DNA from: a virus | Virus record (IMG/VR): IMGVR_UViG_3300037307_000719 | Location: 1 to 64,000 of that record | Length of the DNA stretch: 64,000 nt | Reading direction: 5' to 3' (one strand) | Part shown: positions 39,223-49,209 of the stretch, one piece after another | How positions within the stretch are numbered: position 1 is the stretch's first letter | Layout of the letters: each line of letters starts with the position of its first letter | Made by a program: the position numbers and the translations under genes | The notes under the pieces: model-generated | Seen by the model: the letters and a program-made list of their open reading frames with translations, nothing else | Databases searched by the model: none | Told to the model about the DNA's origin: nothing

Positions 39223-39639
39223 ATGAGCATGTTGAAACACGGACTGGCAAAAGCATGGGCGGAACACTTGTCCGGGGCGGCGGGTTTCCCGTTTTTCCCG
39301 GGCCGTCATGACGGAGACACGGCGCCGCCGTTCGGTGTGGTGGTGGTGAAAAGCCTGCGGCAGACCGTGCCGGGCGACGACGTGCATGTGGCGGACGTAA
39401 GGGTGGTGGTGGTGAGCGATGTGGCGGACGGCCCGGCCCGGATGCAGGAAAGAAAGGTGGAGCAGGCCTATGCGGCGATCGAAGGAACGCCAAGGCAGGC
39501 AGTGGACCTGACAAACAAGGTCAGGCTGTGCGGTTTTGTGTTGGAGGAGATCGAGCAGGCACAGGGATCGGGGGATGACGGGAGGATGGTTTACAGCGAT
39601 GTGTTCCTGTTGAAGGCCGGGGTGGCCCGGGCGGGTTGA
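39223..39639 (+). CDS. Tail completion / terminator-like protein (positional)
   Basis: 138 aa starting MSMLKH, immediately upstream of the tube gene. Confidence 0.7.
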   Translation: MSMLKHGLAKAWAEHLSGAAGFPFFPGRHDGDTAPPFGVVVVKSLRQTVPGDDVHVADVRVVVVSDVADGPARMQERKVEQAYAAIEGTPRQAVDLTNKVRLCGFVLEEIEQAQGSGDDGRMVYSDVFLLKAGVARAG

Positions 39640-39640
39640 C
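39636..39640 (+). promoter_or_regulatory. TTGAC box, 19 nt before ATG 39655
   Basis: TTGACATGCCGGGTGAGGCATG. The TGA within the box is the upstream gene's stop codon. Confidence 0.6.
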
Positions 39641-39654
39641 ATGCCGGGTGAGGC

Positions 39655-40023
39655 ATGGCTTTCACGCAACACGGCAATCAGGAATATGTGTTCGGCTTTG
39701 ATGACGCTGACGCGACGACGCTCGCAACCACCATCGGGCTGAAACCACAAACGCTGTCCCTCCAATACGAGCCGGAATTCACGGCCGAGGCACAGGATGA
39801 GAACGGCGAAGTGGCCGCCGTGGTGGTGGGTCAGGACAAGGTGAACTTCACCATGACCGGATACATCGTGGATCAGGCCGCGCTGGAGGCCGCGACGGAC
39901 TTTGAGTTCGGCGGGCGGTTCTTCATCATCACCGGACGCAAGCTGGACACGTCCAACACCGAGTTCAAAAAAGGCGAGGTCAGCGGCATGAGCTATGCGG
40001 GCATCGTGGCACCGACGCCGTAA
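39655..40023 (+). CDS. Major tail tube protein (putative)
   Basis: 122-aa ORF with TTGAC box and SD. It lies upstream of the chaperone-like and tape measure genes. Confidence 0.75.
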   Translation: MAFTQHGNQEYVFGFDDADATTLATTIGLKPQTLSLQYEPEFTAEAQDENGEVAAVVVGQDKVNFTMTGYIVDQAALEAATDFEFGGRFFIITGRKLDTSNTEFKKGEVSGMSYAGIVAPTP

Positions 40024-40095
40024 GAATTTCGTAGCAGGGATAAAATGCGAAAAGTGCGAGGGAGCGCGGTTTGAGGAAGCCGCGCTCCCTTCATT

Positions 40096-40100
40096 TTGAC
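40096..40100 (+). promoter_or_regulatory. TTGAC box, 21 nt before ATG 40117
   Basis: TTGAC-A-CCCTTGCGCAAGGG-T-ATG. Confidence 0.55.
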
Positions 40101-40101
40101 A

Positions 40102-40115
40102 CCCTTGCGCAAGGG
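40102..40115. repeat. Palindrome CCCTTGCGCAAGGG (14/14)
   Basis: Lies between the TTGAC box and ATG 40117. Confidence 0.95.
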
Positions 40116-40116
40116 T

Positions 40117-40737
40117 ATGAGGAACCGGGATCGATTCTGCGAGGCGTTCGCCCATGTGGGGCATGTGGTGATGGGGCGGCGGCTGGAGCCGTTTTCGCTG
40201 CGGCACCGGTTCTGGCTGGAGGCGATGGAGAGCCCACTGGTGGCTGGCGGGGTGGTGGGGCTGATGGATTTGGAGCTGGCGAGCCGGATTTGCGCGATGC
40301 CCTTCGCCCGGCTGAACCGGGATGTGCCGGAGATGCTGACACGCGGGCCGCGCTGGCGGGACAAGCTGCGTTATTTGTGGTGGATCTGCCGCGGGGAGGC
40401 GGCGCGGGAGTATGAGAAATTCCAGGATTACTTTCTGGATTACGGCTGCCCTCCGGCGACGCATGGAGCCGGGCCTGCAACCAACAACGGGAAACGGTAC
40501 GAGGCGATGCCGGGCCTGCTGGCACTCATCACGGCACTGGTAAGGGGAAGCGGTTGGGAACCGGAAACGGTGTGGGCACTCGCCCCCGGCGCTGCGGAGT
40601 GGTATCTGGTGGGAATCTTTTCCCACCGTGGCGTGGACATGAGGCTCAAGACGGAGCACGACGAGGAATTCGAGGAAGGCATGAGGCGGGAAATGGCCGG
40701 AAAGCGGGAGTCCGTGGAATCAACCGCAGAGCGTTGA
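40117..40737 (+). CDS. Tail assembly chaperone-like protein (positional)
   Basis: 206 aa from ATG 40117, directly upstream of the tape measure gene. No obvious G/GT-type second frame was seen. Confidence 0.65.
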   Translation: MRNRDRFCEAFAHVGHVVMGRRLEPFSLRHRFWLEAMESPLVAGGVVGLMDLELASRICAMPFARLNRDVPEMLTRGPRWRDKLRYLWWICRGEAAREYEKFQDYFLDYGCPPATHGAGPATNNGKRYEAMPGLLALITALVRGSGWEPETVWALAPGAAEWYLVGIFSHRGVDMRLKTEHDEEFEEGMRREMAGKRESVESTAER

Positions 40738-40738
40738 C
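40734..40738 (+). promoter_or_regulatory. TTGAC box, 19 nt before ATG 40753
   Basis: TTGACGCCGGGCGGATGGCATG. The TGA within the box is the upstream gene's stop codon. Confidence 0.6.
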
Positions 40739-40752
40739 GCCGGGCGGATGGC

Positions 40753-43700
40753 ATGGCGGCGAATCCGAGTGGAGCTGGCGGCGGACTGCCGCCAAATGCA
40801 GGACAACAAGCAGGACAACAGGCGGCGCAGGCGGCGCAACAAGCGGCAGGGGCATACAGCGGCGGCTTGAAAAAGCTGACGGCGCAGTGGGGAGACTTCG
40901 CCGACGCTCTGGTGGCTCCGGCGATCACGCTGGCGGCGGGCGGTAGCAAGGTGCAGGCGGCGTGGAGCGGCGTGCGGGCGGTGCTGGAGGCGAAGGTGCT
41001 GGGGCCGCTCGGGCTGGTGACGGGAGCCTCCGCCGGACTGCTGCTGGTGACGCGCAGGCTGATCGCGGAATGGCGGACGATGGGTGTCCAGAGCGCGAAG
41101 GCCATCGAGACGCTGACGCTGCAATTCAAGCCCCTGCTCGGCAGTATGGAGCTGGCAAAGCAGCGGGCGCGGGAGATTTTCGATTTCTCGGTAAAGACGC
41201 CGTTCAAGTTCCCTGATCTGGCGGAGGGCAACAAGATCCTGCAAAGCCTGACGCGAGGCGCGCTGGCCAGCAAGGATGGGATGACGCTGGTGGGTGATGC
41301 GGCCTCGGTGGCGGGCGCGGACTTTGCCGATACGGCGCGGCAGGTGGGGCGGCTTTACGACGGCCTGATGAGCGGGCGTCCGGTTGGCGAGGCGGCCTTC
41401 CGGCTGCAAGAGCTGGGCCTGATTTCCGGGCAGACGCGGACACAGATCGAGGCGATGCAGGCGGCGAATGCGGCGGGCAGCGCGGTATGGGCGGTGGCGC
41501 AGAAAGACCTGGAGCGGGCCAAGGGGGCGATGGAGGTGCTGTCCCAAAGCGTGGCAGGTCTGGAAAGCACGTTTGAGGACACGCGGCAACAGCTTGAAGC
41601 GGGATTCGGCCAAGGGTTCATGGAGGGAGAAAAGGCGGCGATCCGCAGCGCGACAGCCGCGATGGAGGCGATGACTCCGGTGGCGGAGGTGCTGGGGCGG
41701 AACCTCGGCCAGCTCGATACGTGGTGGGAGCAGCTCAAGAGCAAGCTGGTGGGGGTGGCGACTGGCAGCAAGGTGTTCACCAGCGCTATCACCGGAGCGG
41801 GGCTGGCGGTGGTGGGTTTCTCGGCAGCGGTGCTGCTGGCGGCTGGCACGCATCTGCTGCGGTTTCTCGCCGGGGTGCGCAGCGTGGCAGCCGGGCAGGC
41901 GGCTCTGACGGCGGCGACGATGGCGGCTACGGGAGCGCAGACGGTGGCGGGGCTGGTAGGGACGCAGCTCGCCAGCGCGTATGCGGCTCTGGTCACCGCG
42001 CTCAAGGCGGTGGCGGCAGGCAGCTATCTGAGTGCGGCGGCAAACCTGAAGGTGGCGGCGGCGGAAACCATCGCGGCGTTCCGGACGAACGCTTTGGCGG
42101 CCTCCCAGGTGGTTCTGAAAGGGGCATTCCTGCTGGCACGCACGGCGGCGCTGGTTCTGGCTGGCACGCTGCGGGCGGTGGCGGCGGCGATGGTGCTGAC
42201 GCCGATTGGAGCGTTTTCCACGGCCTTGGTGGTGGCGGGCGGAGCCTTGTTGAGTTTCTACACCTCGATGAAAAAAGCGCGGGAGGAGCTGGCCGCCTAT
42301 GCTGCCAGCGCGCAGGCGGTGGTGGAGAACATGGACGCGCAGGCAAGAGCGATCCGCACGGTGGCCGACCTGCAACGGGCGGAGGCGGACATCGTGCGGG
42401 AGCTGACTCAGGCATACCTTGAGCTGGAGCAGGCCAAGGCGGGTGGTGACGAGAAGCGGGCGGAGATTGCCCGGCGCAAGATCGATGAGCTGCTGGCGAC
42501 CCAGCGCAAGGTGCGCGGCTTGAGCGGCAGCACGGAACTCAGCGAAGAGCAAATGGCACGGGAGGACGCCCGGAAGGAACTCGCCAAGGAGGCTCGCAAG
42601 GCGCGGGATGAGGATGAGGCGGGACGTGGCGCGGCCAGCGCGGTGGCGGTGGCGCGGCGGCAGATGGAGGAAAGCGAGGCGAAACGGCAGGCAGCAAGGC
42701 TGGCGGAAGAGGAGGAAAAACGGGTGGAGCAAGCCAAGGCGGCCTTGCGGCGGCGGATGGAGGATGAGGCCAAACGGGAGGAGGCATTGCGGTCCCGCCA
42801 GGCGGCCTTGAAAGGGGAGATTCTTGAGAGGCAGGCGGTGGCGAGGAGCACTGCGGTGGGAGGACCGGGGGACCAGTCCGGCGCGGCATGGAAGGCGACC
42901 TTGGCGGCGGATGAGGCGAAGAAGCTGCAAACCGCGCTGGACGAGGTGGAGCGGGCCTTGGGCAACATCGAGGAAGCGCGGCGGGCCAACGCGGAACAAG
43001 AAGCACGGGTGGCGCTGGAAAGCGCGAGCGAGCTGGCGGTGCTCAATGAGAAGCTGGCGATTTATGCCCGCATGGAGGGCGCGGTGCAGGCCGTTGCGGA
43101 CCAGCGGAAGAGGCTCGGTGAGGCGGAAAAAAACGAAAGCCTGAATGCCGGGAAACGGGCGGAGGCGGTGGAACAGGCCCAGGCGGCGCTGCGGCAGGCG
43201 ATGGAAGAACAGTCCCGCGCCGAAGCTCTGGCGGCCGCTACGGGCGTGAAGGGCTGGCGGGCCATCGACCAGCAGAACAACCAGCGGCGCGTGCAGGAAA
43301 TCAAAACCGAGCGGGAGGATGATCTGAGCCCGGTGAAGCGCGAGGAAGAGGCGCGGCGGCTGCGGGATGCGGAGCTGGCCCTTGCGCAAGGGCGGGTGGA
43401 AACGGAGAGCCGGATCGCGGACTTGCGGCTGAAGGGCTACGAGCGCGAGGCTGCGATGCTGGAGTTTGCCAAGCGGGACTTGAGCCTCCGTTACCAAAGG
43501 AAGCGCATCGATGATGATGGCTACGCAAAAGAAAGGGCGATTCTGGCCGAGCGCGAGGCGGCGCTGAAACGCGAGGCGGACAAAACGCGGGCGGAGCTGA
43601 ACGGAGCGCTGACCATGGGCAACCTGCGGCGGAGGGAGGAAGCCGCACGCAGCGCGGGCAGGGTGGAGGAAGCGGAGGCGCTGCGCAAGCAGGCGGAGGC

Positions 43701-44262
43701 GGCGGAGGATGCGGCGACCAGGCGGGACGCCATTGCGGAAGCGGAAGGTCTGCCGGAGTCCGAACGCGCCGCCTATGTGGCGCGGCGCATGGAGGAAGAG
43801 CGGGCGGCGCGGGAGCAGGCGCTGGACCAGTCCGAGACGGAGCGGGAACTGAGGCGGCAGCAGGCCGACGCGGAGCGTGGCATGGCCGCGGCGGAGGTGA
43901 AGGCGCGGGCGGCGGAGATCGGCGGCAGCGGACGGGAGGCGCGGCGCGTCCGCGAAGACGCGGCGCGGAAGCAGGATGAGGCGGCCCGGGCGCAGGCGAT
44001 GCAGGGATACCGTGACATGGGCTACGGCGACAAGCAGGCGGATGCCATGGCAAACGAGGATGTGAAGCGGGCGCAGGCGCAGCGGATCATCGAGCAGATG
44101 CAGGGCTACAAGGGAAGCGTGATCGCCTCCAGTCTGGCACAGGTGGGCGGCGGTGGCGGGGTGGCGGGCACGGACCCGAGTGTGGCGTTGCAGGAAAAAA
44201 TGGTCGAGCTGCTCAAGGACATCGCGGATGCCTCAAAGGACAATGTGGACCGTGTCTGGTGA
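40753..44262 (+). CDS. Tape measure protein
   Basis: 1,169 aa. Ala/Gly-rich hydrophobic central segments are followed by a long Glu/Arg/Ala coiled-coil. Confidence 0.92.
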   Translation: MAANPSGAGGGLPPNAGQQAGQQAAQAAQQAAGAYSGGLKKLTAQWGDFADALVAPAITLAAGGSKVQAAWSGVRAVLEAKVLGPLGLVTGASAGLLLVTRRLIAEWRTMGVQSAKAIETLTLQFKPLLGSMELAKQRAREIFDFSVKTPFKFPDLAEGNKILQSLTRGALASKDGMTLVGDAASVAGADFADTARQVGRLYDGLMSGRPVGEAAFRLQELGLISGQTRTQIEAMQAANAAGSAVWAVAQKDLERAKGAMEVLSQSVAGLESTFEDTRQQLEAGFGQGFMEGEKAAIRSATAAMEAMTPVAEVLGRNLGQLDTWWEQLKSKLVGVATGSKVFTSAITGAGLAVVGFSAAVLLAAGTHLLRFLAGVRSVAAGQAALTAATMAATGAQTVAGLVGTQLASAYAALVTALKAVAAGSYLSAAANLKVAAAETIAAFRTNALAASQVVLKGAFLLARTAALVLAGTLRAVAAAMVLTPIGAFSTALVVAGGALLSFYTSMKKAREELAAYAASAQAVVENMDAQARAIRTVADLQRAEADIVRELTQAYLELEQAKAGGDEKRAEIARRKIDELLATQRKVRGLSGSTELSEEQMAREDARKELAKEARKARDEDEAGRGAASAVAVARRQMEESEAKRQAARLAEEEEKRVEQAKAALRRRMEDEAKREEALRSRQAALKGEILERQAVARSTAVGGPGDQSGAAWKATLAADEAKKLQTALDEVERALGNIEEARRANAEQEARVALESASELAVLNEKLAIYARMEGAVQAVADQRKRLGEAEKNESLNAGKRAEAVEQAQAALRQAMEEQSRAEALAAATGVKGWRAIDQQNNQRRVQEIKTEREDDLSPVKREEEARRLRDAELALAQGRVETESRIADLRLKGYEREAAMLEFAKRDLSLRYQRKRIDDDGYAKERAILAEREAALKREADKTRAELNGALTMGNLRRREEAARSAGRVEEAEALRKQAEAAEDAATRRDAIAEAEGLPESERAAYVARRMEEERAAREQALDQSETERELRRQQADAERGMAAAEVKARAAEIGGSGREARRVREDAARKQDEAARAQAMQGYRDMGYGDKQADAMANEDVKRAQAQRIIEQMQGYKGSVIASSLAQVGGGGGVAGTDPSVALQEKMVELLKDIADASKDNVDRVW
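43379..43392. repeat. Palindrome CCCTTGCGCAAGGG (14/14)
   Basis: Inside the tape measure gene (translated LAQG). Confidence 0.95.
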
Positions 44263-44265
44263 GGT

Positions 44266-44270
44266 TTGAC
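44266..44270 (+). promoter_or_regulatory. TTGAC box, 19 nt before ATG 44285
   Basis: TTGACACAGGAGCAGAGGTATG. Confidence 0.6.
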
Positions 44271-44284
44271 ACAGGAGCAGAGGT

Positions 44285-44989
44285 ATGGAGGAACGCAAGT
44301 ATGGGGCCGCGAACGGGGCGATCCTGGGCCACGCCGGGGAAATTCATGTTTCGCGGGAAGGTCTGTGGACCGGGAGTTGCCGATACCGGGTGCCGAAAGG
44401 GCGGTATGATCTGATGCCGAAGATCGGGAGCGTGCATCCTTACGCGGAGTTTCTGTTCGTGGAGAAGCTGCGCGTCATCTACACGGAGGGGTTGTGGACC
44501 GTGTTGTGTGAGTATGCGGGAGCCAGTTTCACCTCTTCCGGGGTAACCGATGCCACGTATGAGCTGAGTCCCGGCACGGGGAGCGAACCGATCGAAATCC
44601 ATCCGGAGTTTGACGAGTTCGCGGGCACTCCCAGCGCGCCAAACGAGGATAACAAGCCCTTGTTCCGTGATCCGGTGACGGGATTCCCCTCGACGGATGA
44701 CGAGGTGGCGGAGTTTGACCGGTTCCAGAGCGGAAGCCCGCTTTACGGGGTGAAGTCCTACATCTGCCAGAACAATACCGTTTGGACGAAGCGGTGGACG
44801 CAGAAGAACAAGCCGGAAGACGAGCCACTGAAGGTGGTGAGTTCCCCGCCCGGCCCGGCGCCGGAGTATGGCGGTGCCTACAACTGGCTGCAATACCCGG
44901 TGGCTTACAGCGTGCGGGGGAATGTTTATTCCTGTTCCCAGAACTGGCTTTCCAGCGGGCCGAAGGGGTGGTCAACCGTGATTTACTGA
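44285..44989 (+). CDS. Distal tail / baseplate protein (positional)
   Basis: 234-aa ORF after the tape measure gene. TTGAC box 19 nt upstream. Confidence 0.75.
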   Translation: MEERKYGAANGAILGHAGEIHVSREGLWTGSCRYRVPKGRYDLMPKIGSVHPYAEFLFVEKLRVIYTEGLWTVLCEYAGASFTSSGVTDATYELSPGTGSEPIEIHPEFDEFAGTPSAPNEDNKPLFRDPVTGFPSTDDEVAEFDRFQSGSPLYGVKSYICQNNTVWTKRWTQKNKPEDEPLKVVSSPPGPAPEYGGAYNWLQYPVAYSVRGNVYSCSQNWLSSGPKGWSTVIY

Positions 44990-44993
44990 GATC

Positions 44994-46133
44994 ATGAGCG
45001 ATTTTCCGGGACGAGGTTTTCGAGAGCTGCCGCGTGGAGAGCCGGTCGGCAAGGTGCTGACGCTGGAGTGGATGTCGATGGTGCAGGAGGACATCAAAGC
45101 CCTTGCGCAAGGGCGGCATATCACCGTGGAGGGAGGAATGACGCGCCGCAGCGGCGAGCATGGCGTGAACATCGGCGCACCGGCGGAGCGCAGGACATGG
45201 CAAAGGACCGGGCGGTTCAGGGTGTGGCCGCATCCGCAGGCGAAGAGGCTTTACATCAGCCCGGGATCGGTGGCGCGGATTGATCCGCTGGACCCTGTGG
45301 GGCTAGTGGTTCCGGCTTACCCGAAAGTGGGGGAAGACCCGCTGGACGAGCCAAGGTGGCTGGATCTTGCCGATCTGGAGGAAGGGCAGACCTACGTGGT
45401 GGCCCTGATCCTGACCGAGGAGGAGCAGTGGATCGAACTCAGGGAAGTGGAATCCGCCGGGGATGAAGTGAGCGAAGACGATGAGGCCGCCATTCTGGAG
45501 CTGGCGGAATTCCAAGTCTCGTTTGTGGATGAAACCCTGGTGGTGGAAAACCTGGAGCAGTTTTGGGAGAGTGATGTCATCTGGCCGAAGAGTGAAAGCT
45601 CGTCATCGTCCTTGCTGTCCTCCGAGTCTTCCTCCGAAGCGTCTTCCTCCGAAGCCTCCTCTTCCATTGGCTCTGATGAGGGATCATCCATCGGGTCTGA
45701 TGGAGGTTCGTCCGGTGGATCGGATGGAGGGTCTGACAAAAGCACGGCGATTGTTCCGGCGTCATGGAGCAAGCAAGGCTACACCGCGCTGTTCACGGAA
45801 GAGGCTCCGGACGTGCGCTTCCATGACGTGATGAAGGTGAAGATCACGGGCCGGGTGACATGGGCGGAGATGGACCCGCGATATGTGGAAGTCTGCGCGG
45901 AAGGGACGATATGGGTCCAGGGTGTGGCCGCAGACCGTCCTTTCCCGGTAGGAGTGCGCGTGTGCGGAGGAGAAATCCGCATCGAGTGCGGCCGGTGGCG
46001 GCGTCCGGGCGAGGTGACGGTTTCCCTGACGGGCATCCGCAAGGGCTTTGTCAATCTCCGCTTCCCGGACAAAACGCGGGCTGAATTCGAGGCGAACGAA
46101 CGCTTCCTGAACATGAACAAACCAAGAAAATGA
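44994..46133 (+). CDS. Tail-tip protein with an internal Ser-rich linker
   Basis: 379 aa. The central tract is SESSSSSLLSSESSSEASSSEASSSIGSDEGSSIGSDGGSSGGSDGGSD. Confidence 0.8.
   Translation: MSDFPGRGFRELPRGEPVGKVLTLEWMSMVQEDIKALAQGRHITVEGGMTRRSGEHGVNIGAPAERRTWQRTGRFRVWPHPQAKRLYISPGSVARIDPLDPVGLVVPAYPKVGEDPLDEPRWLDLADLEEGQTYVVALILTEEEQWIELREVESAGDEVSEDDEAAILELAEFQVSFVDETLVVENLEQFWESDVIWPKSESSSSSLLSSESSSEASSSEASSSIGSDEGSSIGSDGGSSGGSDGGSDKSTAIVPASWSKQGYTALFTEEAPDVRFHDVMKVKITGRVTWAEMDPRYVEVCAEGTIWVQGVAADRPFPVGVRVCGGEIRIECGRWRRPGEVTVSLTGIRKGFVNLRFPDKTRAEFEANERFLNMNKPRK
45100..45113. repeat. Palindrome CCCTTGCGCAAGGG (14/14)
   Basis: Inside gene 44994..46133. Confidence 0.95.
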
Positions 46134-46363
46134 GCAGTGAATACGGCAGTGAAAAATCCTCGGGATCGATCAGCGAGAGCATGGCCTCATCGAGCGAAAG
46201 TTCCGGTTCATCGAGCATGATGGATTCATCGGGTATGGATTCGTCGGGTATGGATTCGTCGGGGGCGACGGATTCCTCGGGAGTTATTTATGATTCCTCC
46301 GGTTCATCGAGCATGATGGACTCGTCGGGTATGGATTCATCGGGCATGGACTCATCGAATTAA
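46130..46363 (+). CDS. 77-aa Ser-rich repeat protein (MDSSG repeats)
   Basis: ATGA overlap with the upstream gene. Two blocks of SSSMMDSSGMDSSGMDSS are present. Confidence 0.6.
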   Translation: MSSEYGSEKSSGSISESMASSSESSGSSSMMDSSGMDSSGMDSSGATDSSGVIYDSSGSSSMMDSSGMDSSGMDSSN

Positions 46364-46369
46364 GCAGCC

Positions 46370-48508
46370 ATGGATCATGCCTCTGCGACACCGATTGTAA
46401 TTCCGCTGCATCACGGGGGCGGAAAGTTCAGGAACGATTCCGAGCTGCGCTATGCGCTGCGGTCGATTGCCAGACATTTCAAAGGCAGCCACCGGATCAT
46501 CATCGTGGGCAAGAAGCTGCCCGCATGGATACAGGGGGTGGAGCATGTGTATGGGGAGGGCTTGAAGTCCTCCCTGATCGCGGCGGCGAATTGTTTCCCT
46601 GACGGATTCTTGTGGTGGTATGACGATTGTTGTCTGCTGCGGGACAGCACGGTGGAGGAGCTGAAGGTCACGCCGGCTTGCAAGGGCTGGGGCAAGCCCA
46701 AAACAGCATGGAGCCGCAAGCTGGAAAAAATCCGGCAAAGGCTGGTGAAGGAAGGATACCCGGCAAGGGATTATTCCCGTCCGCACGGTCCATACTGGTT
46801 CGACAAGGGAATGGTGGACGAGGGCTTTTCCGACTGGCCGGGCATGAAGGCGAAATTCCCATGGGAAAGCTGGATTTTGTCCAAGCGCGACTGGCCGCGC
46901 TGCCATGGGACGGTGCAGCAATACTATGGTCCTTTCCGCTCACCTCCGGGCGGGAACCGAAGATATGTGAACTGGTCTGACAGGGGATTCACCTCCGGAT
47001 TGCGGTCTTATCTGGACGCCCGGTTCCCGGAGACGAGCTGCTACGAGACCTCCGTGCCGGAGCGCGGGCCGGTGGCAAGCTCCTCTCCGCGCGTTACTGT
47101 GGTGGTGGCGATGAAGGGCAGGACGGAGGCCTGGGTGCGGCATGCGCGGAGCTGGCTCAATCATCCGATGGTGGCGGAATGCGTGGTGGTTGACTGGTCG
47201 GATGAGAATCCGGTGGCATCCCACCCCGGAGTGATGGAAATCATGGAAGAGTATCCGTTTGTGAAAATCGTCCGGGTCGAAAACGAGGCGGCTTTTCACA
47301 TAGGCAAGGCGTTCAATGTGGGGTTCAGCCGTGCGAGCATGGATTTGATCGCCAAGACGGACGCCGATGTGGAGCTGGTCAACCCGCTGTGGTTCATGCT
47401 CGCGGCAAAGGATGTGGCGAGCGGATCGGGCGTTTTTTACAAAGGGAAGGGCAAGGGGCTGCCGGGGACGTTTCTGGCCACAAGGGAGATGGTTCAAAAA
47501 GTTGGGGGATTCCGCGAGGACTTTGTCGGCTACGGCTGGGACGATACGGACCTCTACAAGCGGATGTCGTCGGCGGGTGGCGTCTTGAAGATGTATGGCA
47601 AAGGGGTGTTGTATCACGAACCCCATTCCGACGCCAAGCGCACCGAATACTATCAGAATAAGCGCAGGAAAACCACGATGCGCCGGAACCGCACCATCGC
47701 TCTGGACGGGTCGAAGCCGCCGCCTCCAAGCGTCTATCAGGTCATAAGCTCAAGCGGCAGGCTGGAGGTCTTGGAGAAGGCCACCCAGAGATTGTGCGGT
47801 CCCTTGCTGCCGTTGGACACATGGGCGGAGGCGTTCGAGCCTTATCGTGGGATGAAGGTCAACCCGCCCGAGCTGGCAAGGGGAAACGCCGGTGACAGGA
47901 TGATCTGGCAGGCCGTAAGGGCTCTTTACTCCCATTACGGACTGACCGTGGTTTCCAAAGACTGGGACGTTTTTATGTGGCCGGGAGGCGGCAACATGGG
48001 TAGAAAATATGCGGGCAACCGAGCGATCCGAAGGCGACATTTCCAGAACGCCGTGAAACGCGGAACCCCTATTGTGATCCTACCTCAATCGTGGACGGGC
48101 GATGATCCCGACGTCCCGGCATCGGCGGTCGTATTCGCAAGGGAGCGTGCGACGATGCCGCCGGGCAGCAGCCTGCTGCCCGATCTCGCGCTTGCATGGT
48201 CCGGCATGGTGACATGCCCGCCTGCCGTGGATGACAGGCCGGACGAAGAGTGGTTCATGCGGCGGGACAAGGAGAAAACGGGAGACACGCGCGGCATCGA
48301 CCCGGCGATAGGATGCAAAAGCGTCACGGCTTATCTGGAGCTGGCAGCCGGGAGGAAACACGTCCACACCAACAGGCTGCACTTTGCCATTGCCTGCCTG
48401 ATCGTGAACACTCCTGTCACCTTGCGTCCTGGGAGCTACGGCAAGAACCGTGGCGTGTGGGAATACTCGCTGGCCGACCTCGGCTGCAAATGGGGAGGTG
48501 AAGCATGA
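46370..48508 (+). CDS. Multi-domain glycosyltransferase / pyruvyl-transferase
   Basis: 712 aa. The N-terminal module is sugar-transferase-like. The central module is GT2-like (VVVAMKG.., DADVE, GGFREDFVGYGWDDTDLYKRM). The C-terminal module resembles polysaccharide pyruvyl-transferases (WPGGGNMG, HTNRLHFAIA). Confidence 0.85.
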   Translation: MDHASATPIVIPLHHGGGKFRNDSELRYALRSIARHFKGSHRIIIVGKKLPAWIQGVEHVYGEGLKSSLIAAANCFPDGFLWWYDDCCLLRDSTVEELKVTPACKGWGKPKTAWSRKLEKIRQRLVKEGYPARDYSRPHGPYWFDKGMVDEGFSDWPGMKAKFPWESWILSKRDWPRCHGTVQQYYGPFRSPPGGNRRYVNWSDRGFTSGLRSYLDARFPETSCYETSVPERGPVASSSPRVTVVVAMKGRTEAWVRHARSWLNHPMVAECVVVDWSDENPVASHPGVMEIMEEYPFVKIVRVENEAAFHIGKAFNVGFSRASMDLIAKTDADVELVNPLWFMLAAKDVASGSGVFYKGKGKGLPGTFLATREMVQKVGGFREDFVGYGWDDTDLYKRMSSAGGVLKMYGKGVLYHEPHSDAKRTEYYQNKRRKTTMRRNRTIALDGSKPPPPSVYQVISSSGRLEVLEKATQRLCGPLLPLDTWAEAFEPYRGMKVNPPELARGNAGDRMIWQAVRALYSHYGLTVVSKDWDVFMWPGGGNMGRKYAGNRAIRRRHFQNAVKRGTPIVILPQSWTGDDPDVPASAVVFARERATMPPGSSLLPDLALAWSGMVTCPPAVDDRPDEEWFMRRDKEKTGDTRGIDPAIGCKSVTAYLELAAGRKHVHTNRLHFAIACLIVNTPVTLRPGSYGKNRGVWEYSLADLGCKWGGEA

Positions 48509-49209
48509 ATCCGGGAACAACGGTCGTTTGCAGGCAGGGGATGTGCAACAGGCTGCGAGTCATGTTCACATGGAGGCAGTGCGCGGAGCATGGAGGCTGG
48601 GTTTTCCTTTGGCAGAAAAACGCGGCCTGCCCTGCGGAATACGAGGAGTTGTTCGAGCCGGTGAGCGGGGTGGAAGTCACCCGTGTTCTCGACAGCCGTG
48701 CCAACGTGGTGGATTCGTGGCATACTCATCCGGATTGGAAAGACCCGGGAGGGTTCCTCTATCAGGGATTGCGCCCGAAGCCAGCCGTTGCGGCGGAGGT
48801 GGCGCGGTGGGTTGGATCGCTGGGCGGCGCGGGAAATTATCTATCCATCCATCACCGGGGCACGGACCTGACCCAGCGCATGCAGAAACAGGGTATGAAA
48901 AACACGCCTCCCGAACGCCAGATGGAGTTCCTCGACCAATGCCCGCCCGACTTGCCGATCTGGCTGGCGACGGATGATGCGGCAACCCAAGACAAGTTCA
49001 TGGCACGATATGGCGAACGGATGAGGTTTCAAGAGTTCGGCCCGGCGTCAGGGAAACGCCAGACCGGAATGAGCCATGCCTTGGTTGACGCCTATGTCTG
49101 CATGCTGGCCAAGCACCACGCGGGATGCTGGAAATCATCCTTCTCGGCGTTCATCCGTCATCATCGAAGCCGTGTTTCCCGCGCTGAAATCATGAGCCTC
49201 GTTTCCTAG
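48505..49209 (+). CDS. GT-B type glycosyltransferase (fucosyltransferase-like, tentative)
   Basis: 234 aa with IHHRGTD, WLATDD and SSFSAF motifs. ATGA overlap with the upstream gene. Ends in TAG. Confidence 0.7.
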   Translation: MNPGTTVVCRQGMCNRLRVMFTWRQCAEHGGWVFLWQKNAACPAEYEELFEPVSGVEVTRVLDSRANVVDSWHTHPDWKDPGGFLYQGLRPKPAVAAEVARWVGSLGGAGNYLSIHHRGTDLTQRMQKQGMKNTPPERQMEFLDQCPPDLPIWLATDDAATQDKFMARYGERMRFQEFGPASGKRQTGMSHALVDAYVCMLAKHHAGCWKSSFSAFIRHHRSRVSRAEIMSLVS

